NCBI GenBank assembly: GCA_977017645.1
Contig: OZ360235.1
Location: 90,458,001-90,522,000, forward strand
Reading direction: 5' to 3'
Source: Torpedo marmorata
Taxonomy: Eukaryota
Length of the DNA stretch: 64,000 nucleotides
Shown here: piece by piece, positions 62,248 through 64,000 of the stretch
Position numbering within the stretch: the first letter of the stretch is position 1
Layout: each line of letters opens with the position of its first letter
The notes under the pieces: model-generated
Database searches by the model: none
Told to the model about the DNA's origin: nothing
Seen by the model: only the letters and a program-made list of their open reading frames with translations
Translations under genes and position numbers: made by a program

Positions 62248-63070
62248 GAGTTAAACAAGAAAGTTGGCAGACGCTGGGGTCGAGTGCAATACACAAACGT
62301 GCTGGAGAAACTCAGCAGGTCACGCAGCATCCACAGGAAGTAAAGGGTAACCAATGCTTCGGGCCTGGGCCCTGTGTCAGGTATGATCAAAAACAGGCAT
62401 GCACCTGAATAAATTAGTGGGGGGAGGGGGAGGAGAAGAAGAGAGAAGGGGCAAGGGGAAGAGCACAGACTAATAGGTGAGAGGTGATAGGTGGGTACAA
62501 AAGCTGAGAAGTGATCAGGGAGCGGATCGAGCACAGCTCTCTTACAGGAGAAGGAAGGGAAGATGGTGGGGAGCTGGAGAAAAGGAGACAGGGATAGGGA
62601 AAGGGGGAGACATGGGTAGAGAGAGGTTCACAGAAATTGGAAAAGATTATGTTAATGCCGTTTGGTTGGAGAGTGCCAAGACAAGAATATATGGAGTTGT
62701 TCCTCCAATTTGCAGGTGGGCTCGGTTTGACAGTACTTGAGGCCATGGACAGACATATCAGTGTGGGAATGGTGTGTGGAATTGAAGTGGTTTACCACTG
62801 GGAGGCAGTTGTAGTGGACAAAACGAAGGTGCTCAACGAAACGATCTCCCAGTCTGTGTCATGTCTCCCCGATGTAGAGGAGGCCGGATCGGGAGTACTG
62901 GATGCAGTAAATGATCCCTACAGATTCAAAAAGTGTTGCTTAACTTAGAAGGACTGCTTGGGACCCTAAATAATAGTGAAGGAGGAGATGTAGGTGCACG
63001 TGTAACACTTCTTGCGATCACAGGTCCTAGGTACCGAGGGAAGGGATGAGTGGATGAGGGAGCGGCATTG
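62248..63070 (-). mobile_element. Penelope 3' fragment, older
   Basis: LGTLQPNGIN; tail as at 44220-44375. Confidence 0.85.
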
Positions 63071-63394
63071 TCCAGAGGTCTTGACCAACAATCCAAAGAT
63101 GTGTGATTAAACCCCACCATGGCAGATTTGAACCTCAATTCAGTTTATCAACTGAAATTGAAATAAATAGATTTCTGGAAGGCTTGAAGAACGGCCTGCC
63201 CCTGTTTTCTTGTGTTCTTGCAATATGAAGTAAGAAAATAAATAGCGTGTATTCTTCTGCATCACAGAGGTGTAGACTGAACATCAACCATATGTGAAGT
63301 GTTGTTACTGTTGTACTGTGGGAACACAGAGGTCTGCTTCCTTCACACAGCAGTGTCTTGCAAATGACAAGATTTGTTTCAACCATGTTTAAGA

Positions 63395-63635
63395 GAGATG
63401 CCAGAGGTAAGTTTTTGCACACAGAGTGGTAGGTGCCTGGAATGTATTGGGGGTGATGGTGGAGGCTGGTACAAAAGGATCATTCAAAAGACCCTCAGAT
63501 GGGCACAAGGATGTACGAAAAATAGAGGGTTATGGGTGTGAGGTGTGGAACGATTAGATTGTTGTGGAGTAGGTTGACATAGGTCGGCACAACATTGTGG
63601 GCTGAAAGGCCTGCACTGTGCTGTGATGTTCTGTG
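63395..63635 (+). mobile_element. CR1 3' fragment
   Basis: CACAGAGTGGTAGGTGCCTGGAATG...GGGCTGAAAGGCCTG tail. Confidence 0.85.
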
Positions 63636-63872
63636 ATCATGTTCCTTGAGACTGGACGTTGAGCAGAACACTGAGGACTTTCTTGCTCCTCATCATCACA
63701 GCTGCAAGGCATCGCTTGTTTGGCACTGCTCATGGGGGAGCACACATCACGTGTGCTAGAATACAGTTTGTGTCTGAGGTCACCACCGACAGTCTTGTAC
63801 CAATGGCAGAACCAAACCCCTCATCCACGAGTGATTTTTGGGCAGCACAGTGGCACACAGCTGCTGCCTCAC

Positions 63873-64000
63873 TCAAGATTCAAGATTCCTTTATTGTAAT
63901 ATTACACGTAAGGCAGACAAAGAGTCGTCATTTGTGTCACCTGGCACCCCTTACTGTAAGAGAGAAAGAAGCAAAAGAGAGTCCCTTCAGAGACTTTCAT
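63873..64000 (-). mobile_element. 3' end of a non-coding retroelement with (TCTTGAA)n tail
   Basis: CAATAAAGGAATCTTGAATCTTGA tail; body matches 27208-27290. Confidence 0.7.

Noticed and set aside
63640-63745. Coding-looking minus-strand segment CSPMSSAKQAMPCSCDDEEQESP
   Set aside because: No splice donor, runs into a CR1 fragment, no recognised homology.

Overview
Repeat-dense vertebrate genomic DNA, very likely a cartilaginous fish: it carries HE1/V-SINE-type tRNA SINEs that share a 3' tail with CR1/HER1-type LINEs, plus Rex1, L1, Tx1 and Penelope elements. I recognise no intact host gene. Most of the window is nested transposable elements, many with readable target-site duplications (TSDs): two full-length Gypsy proviruses (459-4923, 47694-52164), a solo LTR, a BEL/Pao derivative, L1 copies inside CR1 and Rex1 copies, two TA-targeting MITEs, and Penelope fragments with minimal hammerhead ribozymes. 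There is one 413-N gap. Three things go beyond the ORF track. (1) The non-repeat islands from 14.2 to 39.5 kb read, in order on the + strand, as a heavily decayed, intron-containing Eph receptor kinase pseudogene. (2) The BEL/Pao element has lost RT/RNase H/integrase and instead carries an in-frame coiled-coil segment resembling host MIPOL1, i.e. a probable mRNA capture. (3) The young Gypsy has no tRNA primer-binding site (PBS); it has an LTR-complementary leader and palindrome, suggesting self-priming. All homology calls are by eye against remembered sequences and need database confirmation.
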